From positions 1 to 64,000 of the forward strand of contig CAWCRS010000002.1 in the NCBI GenBank assembly GCA_963798085.1: a stretch of 64,000 nucleotides of DNA. The letters are read 5' to 3'. The first letter of the stretch is position 1. Each line of letters begins with the position of its first letter. Below are positions 19,448-30,499 of the stretch, in pieces. The notes beneath the pieces are model-generated. The model was not told the origin of the DNA. It worked only from the letters and a program-made list of their open reading frames with translations, and ran no database searches. This DNA comes from an uncultured Gemmatimonadales bacterium (lineage in GTDB: Bacteria; Gemmatimonadota; Gemmatimonadetes; Longimicrobiales; RSA9). Both the position numbers and the translations under genes were made by a program.

Positions 19448-20383
19448 TCACAACGTCGTAATCGCCGTGATCGTGAACGCGACGACTGCGGTCTGGCCAG
19501 GAGTGACCGTCGGCGTGGCGCTCGCGGGACTCACGGTAATGCTCAGGCCTGCGGGCGCCACAAGGTCGACCGAGTACGGCCCGCCTGACGGATCCACGTA
19601 GCTGAACGTGGCACTGGCGGCGCCATTGGCATCCACCGTAAGCGGCTGCTCCTCCACGGAGCCACTGCCATTGTGCAGTCGAACGTGGAAGCTGCTGAGA
19701 CTCACCTGACTTCCGCCCACGGTCGGCAGCGTCACACCGGCCCCGAGCTGGGCTCCGACCTTGATGCTCGCCGCCAGGCTCGCAGAACTGGCCTTCACGA
19801 CCGGGTGCATCACCCACTTGCCCGAATTGCCCGCAGGTGAGCCGAAGCTCTGCGCCACGTCGAAATCGACAAGCAGCGTTTCAGTGGCGCCGTCGTCGAT
19901 GGTAAGACCGCCGGTCAACTGCACCTTCAGTCCGCTCTGCGCATAACTCGGCATTTGCAGACTGCCGGTCACGGTCGCACCCGGAGGCAGGCCGGGGTAC
20001 GCGGGTGAGCTGGCGTAGATGTGACCGTCCTCGGTCTCAATGTAGCCGCCCGTGATCACGAAACGCAGCTGCGAATAGGTGCCGGCCGGCACGGTCACGC
20101 CCTGCACCAGGGCCTGCACATCGTTCTGCAGCGCCACCAGGTCGGTCGTTACCGTCTCCTGACCGAGCCACACGCGATCGCTCGTGCTCAGCGAATCCTG
20201 GCCCGGCTGCAGATAGATGCCCGTGATGGTCACGACGGCGGCGCTGATGTCCCCAGGCGCATCCGTGAGCAGCAGTGACACGTGGCCCGTGCCCGACGCC
20301 GCGATGCTGCCGCCGTTGTCGCAGGCCGCGACCGTCACCATCAGGGCGCTGAGCAGGATGAATCTGCCTCGCGGGGAAATCAC
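19448..20383 (-). CDS. DUF4382-like lipoprotein
   Basis: AAGGAGG RBS, GTG start, lipobox VAAC, VSLLLTDAP, LVDFDVAQSF, MHPVVK. Confidence 0.8.
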   Translation of the reverse strand: MISPRGRFILLSALMVTVAACDNGGSIAASGTGHVSLLLTDAPGDISAAVVTITGIYLQPGQDSLSTSDRVWLGQETVTTDLVALQNDVQALVQGVTVPAGTYSQLRFVITGGYIETEDGHIYASSPAYPGLPPGATVTGSLQMPSYAQSGLKVQLTGGLTIDDGATETLLVDFDVAQSFGSPAGNSGKWVMHPVVKASSASLAASIKVGAQLGAGVTLPTVGGSQVSLSSFHVRLHNGSGSVEEQPLTVDANGAASATFSYVDPSGGPYSVDLVAPAGLSITVSPASATPTVTPGQTAVVAFTITAITTL

Positions 20384-20517
20384 ATGGGCCTCCTTCGCTT
20401 GCGGTCCTGTGTCGCTGGCCGTCGCGCGGGCGACGCGGCGCAGGGTAGCTGGTACGAAGCGCGGCGCGCTCTGAGAATGGCGCGACCTCTTGCGATAATC
20501 CGGGGAGGGGCAAGAAA

Positions 20518-20552
20518 GAGGCCGTCGCGGATGATCTTCCCGCGACGGCCTC
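20518..20552. terminator. Hairpin downstream of pilC
   Basis: GAGGCCGTCGCGG...CCGCGACGGCCTC followed by TTTCTT on the minus strand. Confidence 0.65.
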
Positions 20553-20568
20553 CCTGCTGTGGGGGTAA

Positions 20569-21779
20569 CTACCGGCCCACCGCGTTGATCATGTCGAAGA
20601 TCGGCAGGTACATGGCCACGATCATGCCGCCGACGATCACGCCGAGGAACACGATCATGATGGGCTCGAGGGCGGACGAGCAGGGCCTGCACGGCCGCAT
20701 CGACTTCTTCGTCGTAGAAGTCGGCGATCTTGGTGAGCATCTCGTCCAGACCGCCGGTCTGCTCACCGACGTTGATCATCTGCACCACCATGGGCGGGAA
20801 CACGCCGGACTTCTTGAGCGGCTCGGAGATCGTGTCACCACCGGCAATGCTGGCGCGCGATTCCATGACCGCGTCGTGCACCACGCGGTTGCCCGCCGTC
20901 TTCGCGGTGATCTCCAGACCATCGAGAATCGCGACGCCGGAAGACACCAGCGTGCCGAGCGTGCGCGTGAAGCGCGCGATCGCCGCCTTGCGCTGCATGG
21001 GCCCGAGAATCGGCATCTTCAGCAGCATCCGGTCGATCAGCAGCTGACCCTGCGGCGTCTTGTAGTAGCGCTGAATGCCGACGACGAGCGCCACGATGCT
21101 GCCGAGCGAACACGTACCAGCGTGATTTCAGGCCTTCGGCATCAGGAAGATCACGAACTGCGTCGGTCCGGGCAGCGCGACACCGGCCTGCGAGAACATG
21201 TCTGGAAGGTCGGGAATCACGAAGATCAGCAGGATCGCCACGGCGCCGATGGCCACGCTCATGACGACGCTCGGGTAGATCATCGCGCCCTTGATCTTGC
21301 GGCGCAGTGCGTCCGCCTTCTCGAGGAAGACCGCGAGACGCAGCAGAATCGTGTCCAGGATACCGCCCGCCTCGCCGGCCGCGACCATGTTCACGAACAG
21401 GTCGGTGAAGACCGTCGGATGCTGGCGCATGGCGTCGGCCAGTGTGTGACCGGCTTCCACGTCGTACTGGACCTGCTCGACCACCCGGCGCAGCGTCGGG
21501 TTCTCCGACTGCTTCGCCAGGATGTCGAGGCTCTGCACGAGCGGCAGGCCCGAGTTGATCATGGTGGCGAACTGGCGTGTGAAGATCACGATCTCGCGCA
21601 CGCCGATGCCGCGCCGCAGTCCCTTGATCGACAGACCCTGCTGCTTCTGTTCGATCTTGATGGGCACCATGCGCTGGCGCCGCAGGTAGCCGACGACCTC
21701 ATCGCGCGTCTTGAGGTTCAGCTCGCCAGCCTGCAGATCGCCGGTGGTCGGTACGTGCAGAGTATGCGAAGGTAGGCAT
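20569..21779 (-). CDS. pilC: Type IV pilus platform protein PilC (frameshifted)
   Basis: [48 protein letters not shown]. Confidence 0.92.
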
Positions 21780-21788
21780 GTGACCTCG

Positions 21789-22892
21789 TCAGCTGATGCT
21801 CTTTCCTGCCATGCGCAGGAACTCGTTGGGATCGGAGGAGAACTGCAGGCAGTCCTCCAGTGAAACCTCGCCCTGGATGTAGAGCTGATACAGCGCATCG
21901 TTCAGCGTCTGCATCCCGAACTTCTTGCCGGCCTGCATGATCGAGTAGATCTGGTGCACCTTGTCATCGCGGATGCAGGCGCGGATGGCCGGCGTGCAGA
22001 TCATCACTTCGCAGGCGCAGATGCGGCCGCCGCCGCGGGCGCGCGGCAGCAGTGTCTGTGTGACCACGCCTTCCAGCACGAACGACAGCTGCGCGCGCAC
22101 CTGCGGCTGCTGCGTGGGCGGGAACACGTCGATGATGCGGTTCACGGTTTCCGCCGCCGAATTCGTGTGCAGCGTCGCCAGCGCCAGGTGACCGGTCTCC
22201 GCGATCGTGAGCGCGGCCGCGATGGTCTCCAGGTCGCGCATCTCACCGATCAGCACGACGTCCGGATCCTGGCGCAGCGCGTACTTCAGCGCGCTCGACG
22301 AAGGAGCGGGTGTCCGCGCCCACCTCGCGCTGATTCACGATGCAGTTCTCGTGTTTGTGCACGAACTCGATGGGATCTTCCACCGTCAGGATGTGACCGC
22401 GCTGCTCGCGGTTGATCTTGTCCACCATGGAAGCGAGCGTGGTGCTCTTGCCCGAGCCGGTCGGACCGGTGAGCAGCACCAGGCCGCGCGGCTTTTCCGC
22501 CATGGTCTCGACAATGGGCGGCAGTCCCAGCTCCTGGAACGACTTGATGGCGTAGGGAATCTGCCGGATCGCCATGGATACGCAGCCGCGCTGCTTGTAC
22601 ACGTTGCCGCGGAAGCGCGAGAGGTTGGCGATGCCGAACGAGAAGTCCAGTTCGTCTTCCGTCTCGAAACGCTTCTTCTGCACTTCCGTCAGGATCGAAT
22701 AGGCCATGGCCAGCGTGTCGCGCGGCGTAAGGATGACCTCCGTGGACGCGTTGGTGATCTGTCCGTCAATGCGCAGTTTGGGACGCTCGCCTGCCGTGAT
22801 GTGCAGGTCGCTCGCTCCGCGCGAGATCATTTCGTCCAGCAGTGCACGCAGGTTTACGGCGCTGGTTCCGGGCGACGCTGTGGGCGTCATGC

Positions 22893-22896
<4 letters not shown>
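21789..22896 (-). CDS. pilT: Twitching-motility ATPase PilT (frameshift near 22300)
   Basis: [43 protein letters not shown]. Confidence 0.93.
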
Positions 22897-24633
<1,737 letters not shown>

Positions 24634-24707
24634 CGCTTCAGCGCGTCGCGGGCCGGTGCCGGCCCGGTATTGTGAACGGCATGTTTCCGCAGTCGGTGCG
24701 GACCATT

Positions 24708-25430
24708 TCAGCTTCCTGTTCGAACCATGGGACCGAGGCGCCGCACCAGCGCGGGACCAATGCCCCGGACTTCTTCCAGTTGTTCCACGGTCCGGAACCC
24801 GCCCACCGAGTCGCGGTAGGCGACGATCCGTCTCGCCAGCGACGGCCCTATGCCCGGCAATCGCTCCAGCTCTTCCAGGCTCGCCCGGTTCAGATCCACC
24901 GGCTCAGCCGGCCCTCTTCCTGCTCGCACGTCCGGCGCCCGCGCGCCGCCTGGTTCCGCCTCCTGCGCACGGATCGCAGGCGACGCGACACCCTCGGTCT
25001 CTGCGCCACGACGCCGCCCACCCGCAGCCTCTGCTTCCGGCACCCACGGCAGGCTCAGGTAGTCCTGCCAGCGGCGGACGGTGGCCGGGCCGATTCCTCT
25101 GACGCGCGTCAACTCGTTGGCGGTGAGAAACCGCGCCGTTTGTCGCTCGGCCACGATCTGCTCCGCCAGCGCCCGGCTCGCGCCCGGCAGCCGCATCAGC
25201 TGCTGCACCGTGGCAGTGTTCGGGTCCAGGCGCTCGGGCGGTTTCCGGCCGCTCGCCTTCTCCTCGAGCTTCTGCCGACTCGCCTCACGCAACGCCGCCA
25301 CGTCCACCGCGGGGGCCTCGATGTCGATGGACGCCGGCCGATCCAGCAGCCGTGCCGCCGCCGAGACGGTCAACAGCAGACCAATGAAGGCGACGGCCCG
25401 CGATTCATCTTTCGAGAGCCTGAGCGGCAT
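24708..25430 (-). CDS. comEA: ComEA-family HhH DNA-binding protein (two HhH domains)
   Basis: LDPNTAT..QLMRLPG and VDLNRASLEELERLPGIGPSLARRIV. Confidence 0.85.
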   Translation of the reverse strand: MPLRLSKDESRAVAFIGLLLTVSAAARLLDRPASIDIEAPAVDVAALREASRQKLEEKASGRKPPERLDPNTATVQQLMRLPGASRALAEQIVAERQTARFLTANELTRVRGIGPATVRRWQDYLSLPWVPEAEAAGGRRRGAETEGVASPAIRAQEAEPGGARAPDVRAGRGPAEPVDLNRASLEELERLPGIGPSLARRIVAYRDSVGGFRTVEQLEEVRGIGPALVRRLGPMVRTGS

Positions 25431-25898
25431 CCGGACCGGTATCCTCCCCGTTCCGGGCCGCCTCGATTTCGACCGAAGTATCGGCAGGCCCGACCGGGGT
25501 CATGAGGGAGTTTCAATGCGTCTGGAGGGAGTTTTCAGCGCATCCGGTAGTGCGCACCAGGCAGGCGGCCGCGCTGGTGGCTCGAACGACCGCGTTCGGC
25601 CTGAGGCTCGGGCCGGGACTCGGAACTCACGGACGCTGCGCCGGGGTCTGCCCGGCTCACCGCGACTCGTCCTTCGCGTTCGCGGTAGAGGCCTGCCACG
25701 CGGCGCCGCGATCGGCAACGCAGGCGTGCATCACGTCTCGGCGGCGGGGGAAGCGCTCGTGGCATTTCCCCGGCACCCTGGGACGCTTTCGTGCGCTGCC
25801 AGTTCGCGCGTCGACACCACCGTGCTGACCGCCGAGATCGGTCGAAGGTGCAACCGTTTCAGCCCCAGCCCCGGTCCGAGCCCGGGAACGCTGCCCGC

Positions 25899-26852
25899 TT
25901 ACCCGCCCTTGAAGATCAGCGCCGTCAGCACCCGGCCGCACGCATCCAGGCCACGAGGCGACGTGTGCGAGAGGTTGTCTTCCAGCGTGTGCCAGTACGC
26001 GTTGCCCGGACCGAAGTCGAAGTCGATGATGTCGATCGTCCGGATGCCCGCCTGGTTCAGCGGCGCGTGATCGTCCGTGATATACTCGCCGCCTCGCCGC
26101 ACGAAGATGTTGCCCAGCCCAAGGTCCTCTGCTGTGCGCCAGACCCGCTCGATCACTTCGGGCGCATCGTCCTGCGAGTTGCCTTCGATCGGGTAGACCG
26201 GATTCTCGTCCCCGATCATGTCCAGCAGGATGCCGTAGAGCGGTTTGTAGCCGGCCGGCAGATTGGCCGCGAAGAAATTCGAGCCCACCAGCAGGTCCGC
26301 CGCGCTGTAATCCTCCCCGTCGACGAAAAGTAGATCGACGCCGATGGGCGGAGAATGGCTCTTCAGGACATTCGCAAGTTCTAACAGGACAGCGGTGCCG
26401 CTGGCGCCATCGTTCGCACCCAGGATCGGCTGCGTGCGCTTCGCGGGATCCCGCTCCTGGTCCGCGTTGGGCCGTGTGTCCCAGTGCGCGAGCAGCAGCA
26501 CACGGTCCTTCGCATCCGGACGAAAGCGGGCAAACACGTTGGTAAGCTGGATGGTGTTGCCGTTGGTCGCCTGGTGCGTGAAATGCTGCTGCACCACCGT
26601 ATCCGCCCTGGCCTGCAGAAACTCCAGCATCCACGCGAGCTGCTTGTCATGCGCTTCCGTGCCCGGCACGCGCGGGCCATAACTCACCTGCTGGCGCACG
26701 TAGGCGTACGCCGTGTCCGCCGAGAACGGCGGGCCCGGCGGCGTGCCTCCGCCCGTTGTACCCGCACTCTGCCCCGTGCACGCCGCGACCAGCGGCAGCA
26801 GCAATGCCGCCATCATCATGAGCGTTCCGCGCTTTTTCATGGGCGTGTCCAT
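25899..26852 (-). CDS. M28-family peptidase / glutaminyl-cyclase-like lipoprotein
   Basis: AHWDTRP, GANDGASG, DGED, LLDMIG, DDH, YWHT. Confidence 0.88.
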   Translation of the reverse strand: MDTPMKKRGTLMMMAALLLPLVAACTGQSAGTTGGGTPPGPPFSADTAYAYVRQQVSYGPRVPGTEAHDKQLAWMLEFLQARADTVVQQHFTHQATNGNTIQLTNVFARFRPDAKDRVLLLAHWDTRPNADQERDPAKRTQPILGANDGASGTAVLLELANVLKSHSPPIGVDLLFVDGEDYSAADLLVGSNFFAANLPAGYKPLYGILLDMIGDENPVYPIEGNSQDDAPEVIERVWRTAEDLGLGNIFVRRGGEYITDDHAPLNQAGIRTIDIIDFDFGPGNAYWHTLEDNLSHTSPRGLDACGRVLTALIFKGG

Positions 26853-27101
26853 ACGGCCGGAAGTTAGTAGAGGTTCCAGGGCGAAGCCATTGCGGTGGGA
26901 GTTGCGATCGACGACGACGTATTTGCTGTATTTTCTCGACCTGCCCGGGATCCTGCTCGGCTGCCGATCCACCGGCCGGGGCACCGCGGCATCAGCCGCG
27001 AGCGGTTTCTCAGCCGGTCCGGCGCCCCGCTTCACCATCACCCCCCGGGCTGTGGCAGCCGTAGCCGGCGGCCGTGGACCACAGCACTCGATCGAGGGCG
27101 C

Positions 27102-29795
27102 TCAGTCGCTGCGCAGCGTCTGCACCGGGTCCAGGCGGGCCGCGCGTGAGGCCGGAATGAGGCATGCGGCCGCTGCCGTCACCACCAGCATCGCAACAAT
27201 GGCGAGGAACGTGAGCGGATCGCGCGCGTGCACGTCGTAGAGCATGCCGCTCAGGAAGCGCGTGAGCGCCAGCGCCAGCAGCATACCGAGCCCCGCGCCC
27301 GCCAGCACGGGCGCCATGCCGCGTGCCAGCACCAGCCCCAACACGCTGTTCGGCCGGCCACCCAGCGCCATGCGAATGCCGATATCCCTGCGCCGCTCCG
27401 CCACGTAGCCCGCCATGGTGCCGTAGATCCCGATCACGGCGAGCAGCAGCGCAACCGTACTGAAGGCGGCAACCGCCGCCGTCAGGTTGCGCGGCGCCGC
27501 GAGTGCGCGGCGGATCAGCTCATCGCCTGTAGCCACGTCGACGATGGGCACCGACGAATCCAGCTCGTGCACGACACCGCGCACCGCCTGCAGCAGCGCA
27601 AGCGGATCGCCCGCCGTGCGCACGAACAGGTACGTCGACCCGGGCAGCCACTGCGATTCCGGCACGTAGATCGTGCCGGTCACCGAGTTCTGCGCGTTGT
27701 CGAGGCCGTTGAAACGGATGTCCCCGACCACACCGACGATGGTCGGCACATCACAATCCGGCTGGTTGCAGCCACCCTCGTAGAGCCGCTTGCCGATGGG
27801 ACTGCCGCGCGGATAGAAGTGACGCGCCCACGTCTGGTCGACCAGTACGGCGGTCGTGACACCCCGCGTATCGTGTGCATTGAACATGCGACCGGCGATG
27901 AGCGGAATGTGCAGCGCCTCGAAGTATCCCGGTGAGGCCACGAGCCATGTCGCCACCGGTTGTGCCGCGCCCGGCGGCACAGGCTGATCGAGGAGCTCGA
28001 AATTGTTGATGTCGGTAGCCTCGGCTGGCGGCCTGCCGTTGTTCACGCCCGCGGAAAGCACGCCGGGCAGCGCGCGCACGCGCTCGATCAGTTCGCGGTG
28101 AAATGCGCCCGAGTCGGCACTGGCGTAGCGCGATCCCGCACGCGGCAGTGCCAGCGTCAGCAGATGATCGGTGGCAAAACCCGGATCCACACTTGCCAGA
28201 CGCATGAAGCTGTTGAGCAGGAGGCCGGCGCCCGCCAGCAGCGGCACCGCCACGGCGAACTGCGCGCCTGCCAGCAGGCTCCGGGTATTGTGCGCGCTGC
28301 GCGTGCCGCTGCCGCGTGCGCCTGCGCGCAGTGTCTGCGCGATGGGTCCGCCTGGACCGTGCCGCTCCAGTGCGGGCAGCACGCCGAACAGCAGGATGCT
28401 GCCCAGAGCGAGCAGCGCGGCGCTGCCCGGAACGGTAGCGTCCAGCGCAATTTCACCGGCCCGGGGCAGCACATTGGGCGGCAGGTGCTGCAACCAGCGC
28501 AGCGCGCCGCCGGCCAGCCCGAGCCCCAGTGCCGCTCCGGTCAGCCCTAACACGCTGCTTTCGGTGATCAGCAGGCGAGTCAGCCGTGCCCGCGATGCGC
28601 CCAGAGCGGCCCTCGCCGCCAGCTCGGTCTGTCGCTGCGCCGTCCGCGCCACCAGCAGAGCCGCCGCGTTCGCCGACGCCATCAGCAGGACGAAGAGCGC
28701 GGCGCCCAGCAGAATGTAGAGCCTGGCGCGGTAGCGGCCCACCACGAACGTGTCCAGCCCCATGATGCCGAACGTCGAGGTGGAATCCTGCCATGACCCT
28801 TTCCACTGCATGAAGATGTGCCGATCGATGGCGCGCAGCTCCACCTGCGCCGCCGGCACATTGATTCCCGGCCGCAGCCGCGCGACCACGGTCAGAAAGA
28901 ACGGGCCGCGCCGGGCAGGCGGCTGCAGCTGGAGCGCAGGGAAGACGTCGAAGCTCGCGTCCAGCGGGCCCGCGTTGCGCGGCAGTACGCCGATCACGGC
29001 GTAGTCCTCGCCGTCGAGCCGGATGCTCCGCCCGATCACATCCGGAGCGCCGCCCAGCGCACGCTGCCAGAAACCATGGCTCAGCAGGACGCGCCGCGGT
29101 CCGCCCGGCGCCGTCTCATCGTTCCGGAAGGTGCGCCCCAGGGCAGGCGTCACGCCCAGCAGCGGGAAATAACCCGCTGTTACCGCCTTCGCCCGCACCC
29201 GCTCCGATGCGTCGCGGCCGCTCCACGTGAACTCGCGATTCGTCCACGCCGCCACGCTGTCGAACCGCGTCTGCTGCGCCTCGATCGCCTGGTATCCCAC
29301 GACCGAGAGCGGAAAGCGATTCCCCTGGACGGCGTGATAAATGCGCACCAGCCGATCCGCGCGCGCGTAGGGCAAAGGCCGCAGCAGCACCGCGCGCACC
29401 ACGGCCAGCATCACGGTGGTTCCACCCATGCCCAGTCCGACGGTCAACACCACGGTCAGCGCGAGCGCGGGAGTGCGCACGAAGCTGCGCAGCGCCGGCA
29501 CGACATCCGCCCGCAGACCGGAGAACATGTCCGCGCGCTCGCCGCCGCTCCCGGCCACCGGCACGGCGTCACGCATCGGCCGGCGCACACGCTCGCGCAG
29601 CAGGCGCAGCGGGTAACGCGCGAGCTGGCGCCGATACCACCGGTCCGCGACCGCTGCCCCATCCCGCATGCGACGACGCTCCCACAGCTCGCTCAGCTCG
29701 CTCAGTACCTGGCGCCGCTCGGCTTCCGAAAGCAGCGTGCGCAACGCCAGCCGCACGGCCACGCCCGGGCGCGGCGGCTGCGCCTGCGGCGTCAT
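27102..29795 (-). CDS. Duplicated ABC permease (MacB/FtsX repeats, ADOP-type)
   Basis: VLLRPLPY...RLV, ELAARAALGASR, DPGF, DIGIRMALGG, IPASRAARLDP. Confidence 0.9.
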   Translation of the reverse strand: MTPQAQPPRPGVAVRLALRTLLSEAERRQVLSELSELWERRRMRDGAAVADRWYRRQLARYPLRLLRERVRRPMRDAVPVAGSGGERADMFSGLRADVVPALRSFVRTPALALTVVLTVGLGMGGTTVMLAVVRAVLLRPLPYARADRLVRIYHAVQGNRFPLSVVGYQAIEAQQTRFDSVAAWTNREFTWSGRDASERVRAKAVTAGYFPLLGVTPALGRTFRNDETAPGGPRRVLLSHGFWQRALGGAPDVIGRSIRLDGEDYAVIGVLPRNAGPLDASFDVFPALQLQPPARRGPFFLTVVARLRPGINVPAAQVELRAIDRHIFMQWKGSWQDSTSTFGIMGLDTFVVGRYRARLYILLGAALFVLLMASANAAALLVARTAQRQTELAARAALGASRARLTRLLITESSVLGLTGAALGLGLAGGALRWLQHLPPNVLPRAGEIALDATVPGSAALLALGSILLFGVLPALERHGPGGPIAQTLRAGARGSGTRSAHNTRSLLAGAQFAVAVPLLAGAGLLLNSFMRLASVDPGFATDHLLTLALPRAGSRYASADSGAFHRELIERVRALPGVLSAGVNNGRPPAEATDINNFELLDQPVPPGAAQPVATWLVASPGYFEALHIPLIAGRMFNAHDTRGVTTAVLVDQTWARHFYPRGSPIGKRLYEGGCNQPDCDVPTIVGVVGDIRFNGLDNAQNSVTGTIYVPESQWLPGSTYLFVRTAGDPLALLQAVRGVVHELDSSVPIVDVATGDELIRRALAAPRNLTAAVAAFSTVALLLAVIGIYGTMAGYVAERRRDIGIRMALGGRPNSVLGLVLARGMAPVLAGAGLGMLLALALTRFLSGMLYDVHARDPLTFLAIVAMLVVTAAAACLIPASRAARLDPVQTLRSD

Positions 29796-30115
29796 GTCGC
29801 CTCGTCCAGCTGCGAAGCGATGCCCTCCCACAGGCGCAGCAGCACCTGCCGCGATTCACGCAGCACTCGCATGCCCGCCGCCGTCAGCTTGAAATAACGC
29901 CGCGTCCGCCCGCTCTCCCCCTCCCCTTCCACCATGCGCGACCGCAGCAGCCCCTTCGCCTCCAGACGACGCAGCACTATGAACACCGCCGCCTGCGTCA
30001 CCTCCCGCCCCGCACTCTCCTCCAGCTCTACCACGATCGGCACACTGTACGACTCCCCGCCGTGCCGCAGAATCGACAGCAGGAGCCGGTGCTCGAATTC
30101 GCCCAGTGAACTCAT
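29792..30115 (-). CDS. PadR-family transcriptional regulator
   Basis: LGEFEHRLLL...LRRLEAKGLL...RRYFKLTAAG; directly upstream of the permease. Confidence 0.9.
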   Translation of the reverse strand: MSSLGEFEHRLLLSILRHGGESYSVPIVVELEESAGREVTQAAVFIVLRRLEAKGLLRSRMVEGEGESGRTRRYFKLTAAGMRVLRESRQVLLRLWEGIASQLDEAT

Positions 30116-30146
30116 CTTTGCCTCTGCAACTGCGTTATGGCGCCAG

Positions 30147-30165
30147 TGACTAAAAACTTTAGTCA
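30147..30165. promoter_or_regulatory. Palindromic operator candidate upstream of padR
   Basis: TGACTAAA-AAC-TTTAGTCA. Confidence 0.6.
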
Positions 30166-30198
30166 TGATGGATGCGCGGCCCGGCAGTGTCAACAGAG

Positions 30199-30487
30199 GC
30201 GTTGCTCGGGCTGGGCCTCGGGCTGGTTACTCGGGACGGATCGTATGGAAAACGGAAACTGCGTTGCTCGGGCTGGTGCTCGGGCTGGTTACTCGGGAGG
30301 ACGGACTGTCTTCCGCAATACGCCAAGCCGTTCCCCGGCGCCCACCCCTGAACGGGTGCCCGCGCCCGCGCCCGACCCCTGAGCCTCACCCTTCCCCCGA
30401 ACCCTTCCCCTGCAACAACGCCACTTCTAACACACGGTTTGAATCGGTTCCCGGGCAACCAGCCCAGGCAACCAGCCCCAGCAACGC
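30199..30487. repeat. Inverted-repeat element (GCGTTGCT..GGGCTGG family), nested or double
   Basis: Left arms at 30199 and 30261; right arm GTTCCCGGGCAACCAGCCCAGGCAACCAGCCCCAGCAACGC ending 30487. Confidence 0.75.
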
Positions 30488-30499
30488 CGTTTGGTCTTC

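Noticed and set aside
19034..20740. pilC duplicate or four-helix-bundle gene as a diversity-generating retroelement
   Set aside because: No reverse transcriptase in the window, and the differences are mostly synonymous rather than adenine-specific.
19448..21094. PilC-DUF4382 fusion ORF (548 aa)
   Set aside because: Caused by a frameshift near 20680. pilC has its own stop at 20569 and a hairpin; DUF4382 has its own RBS and start.
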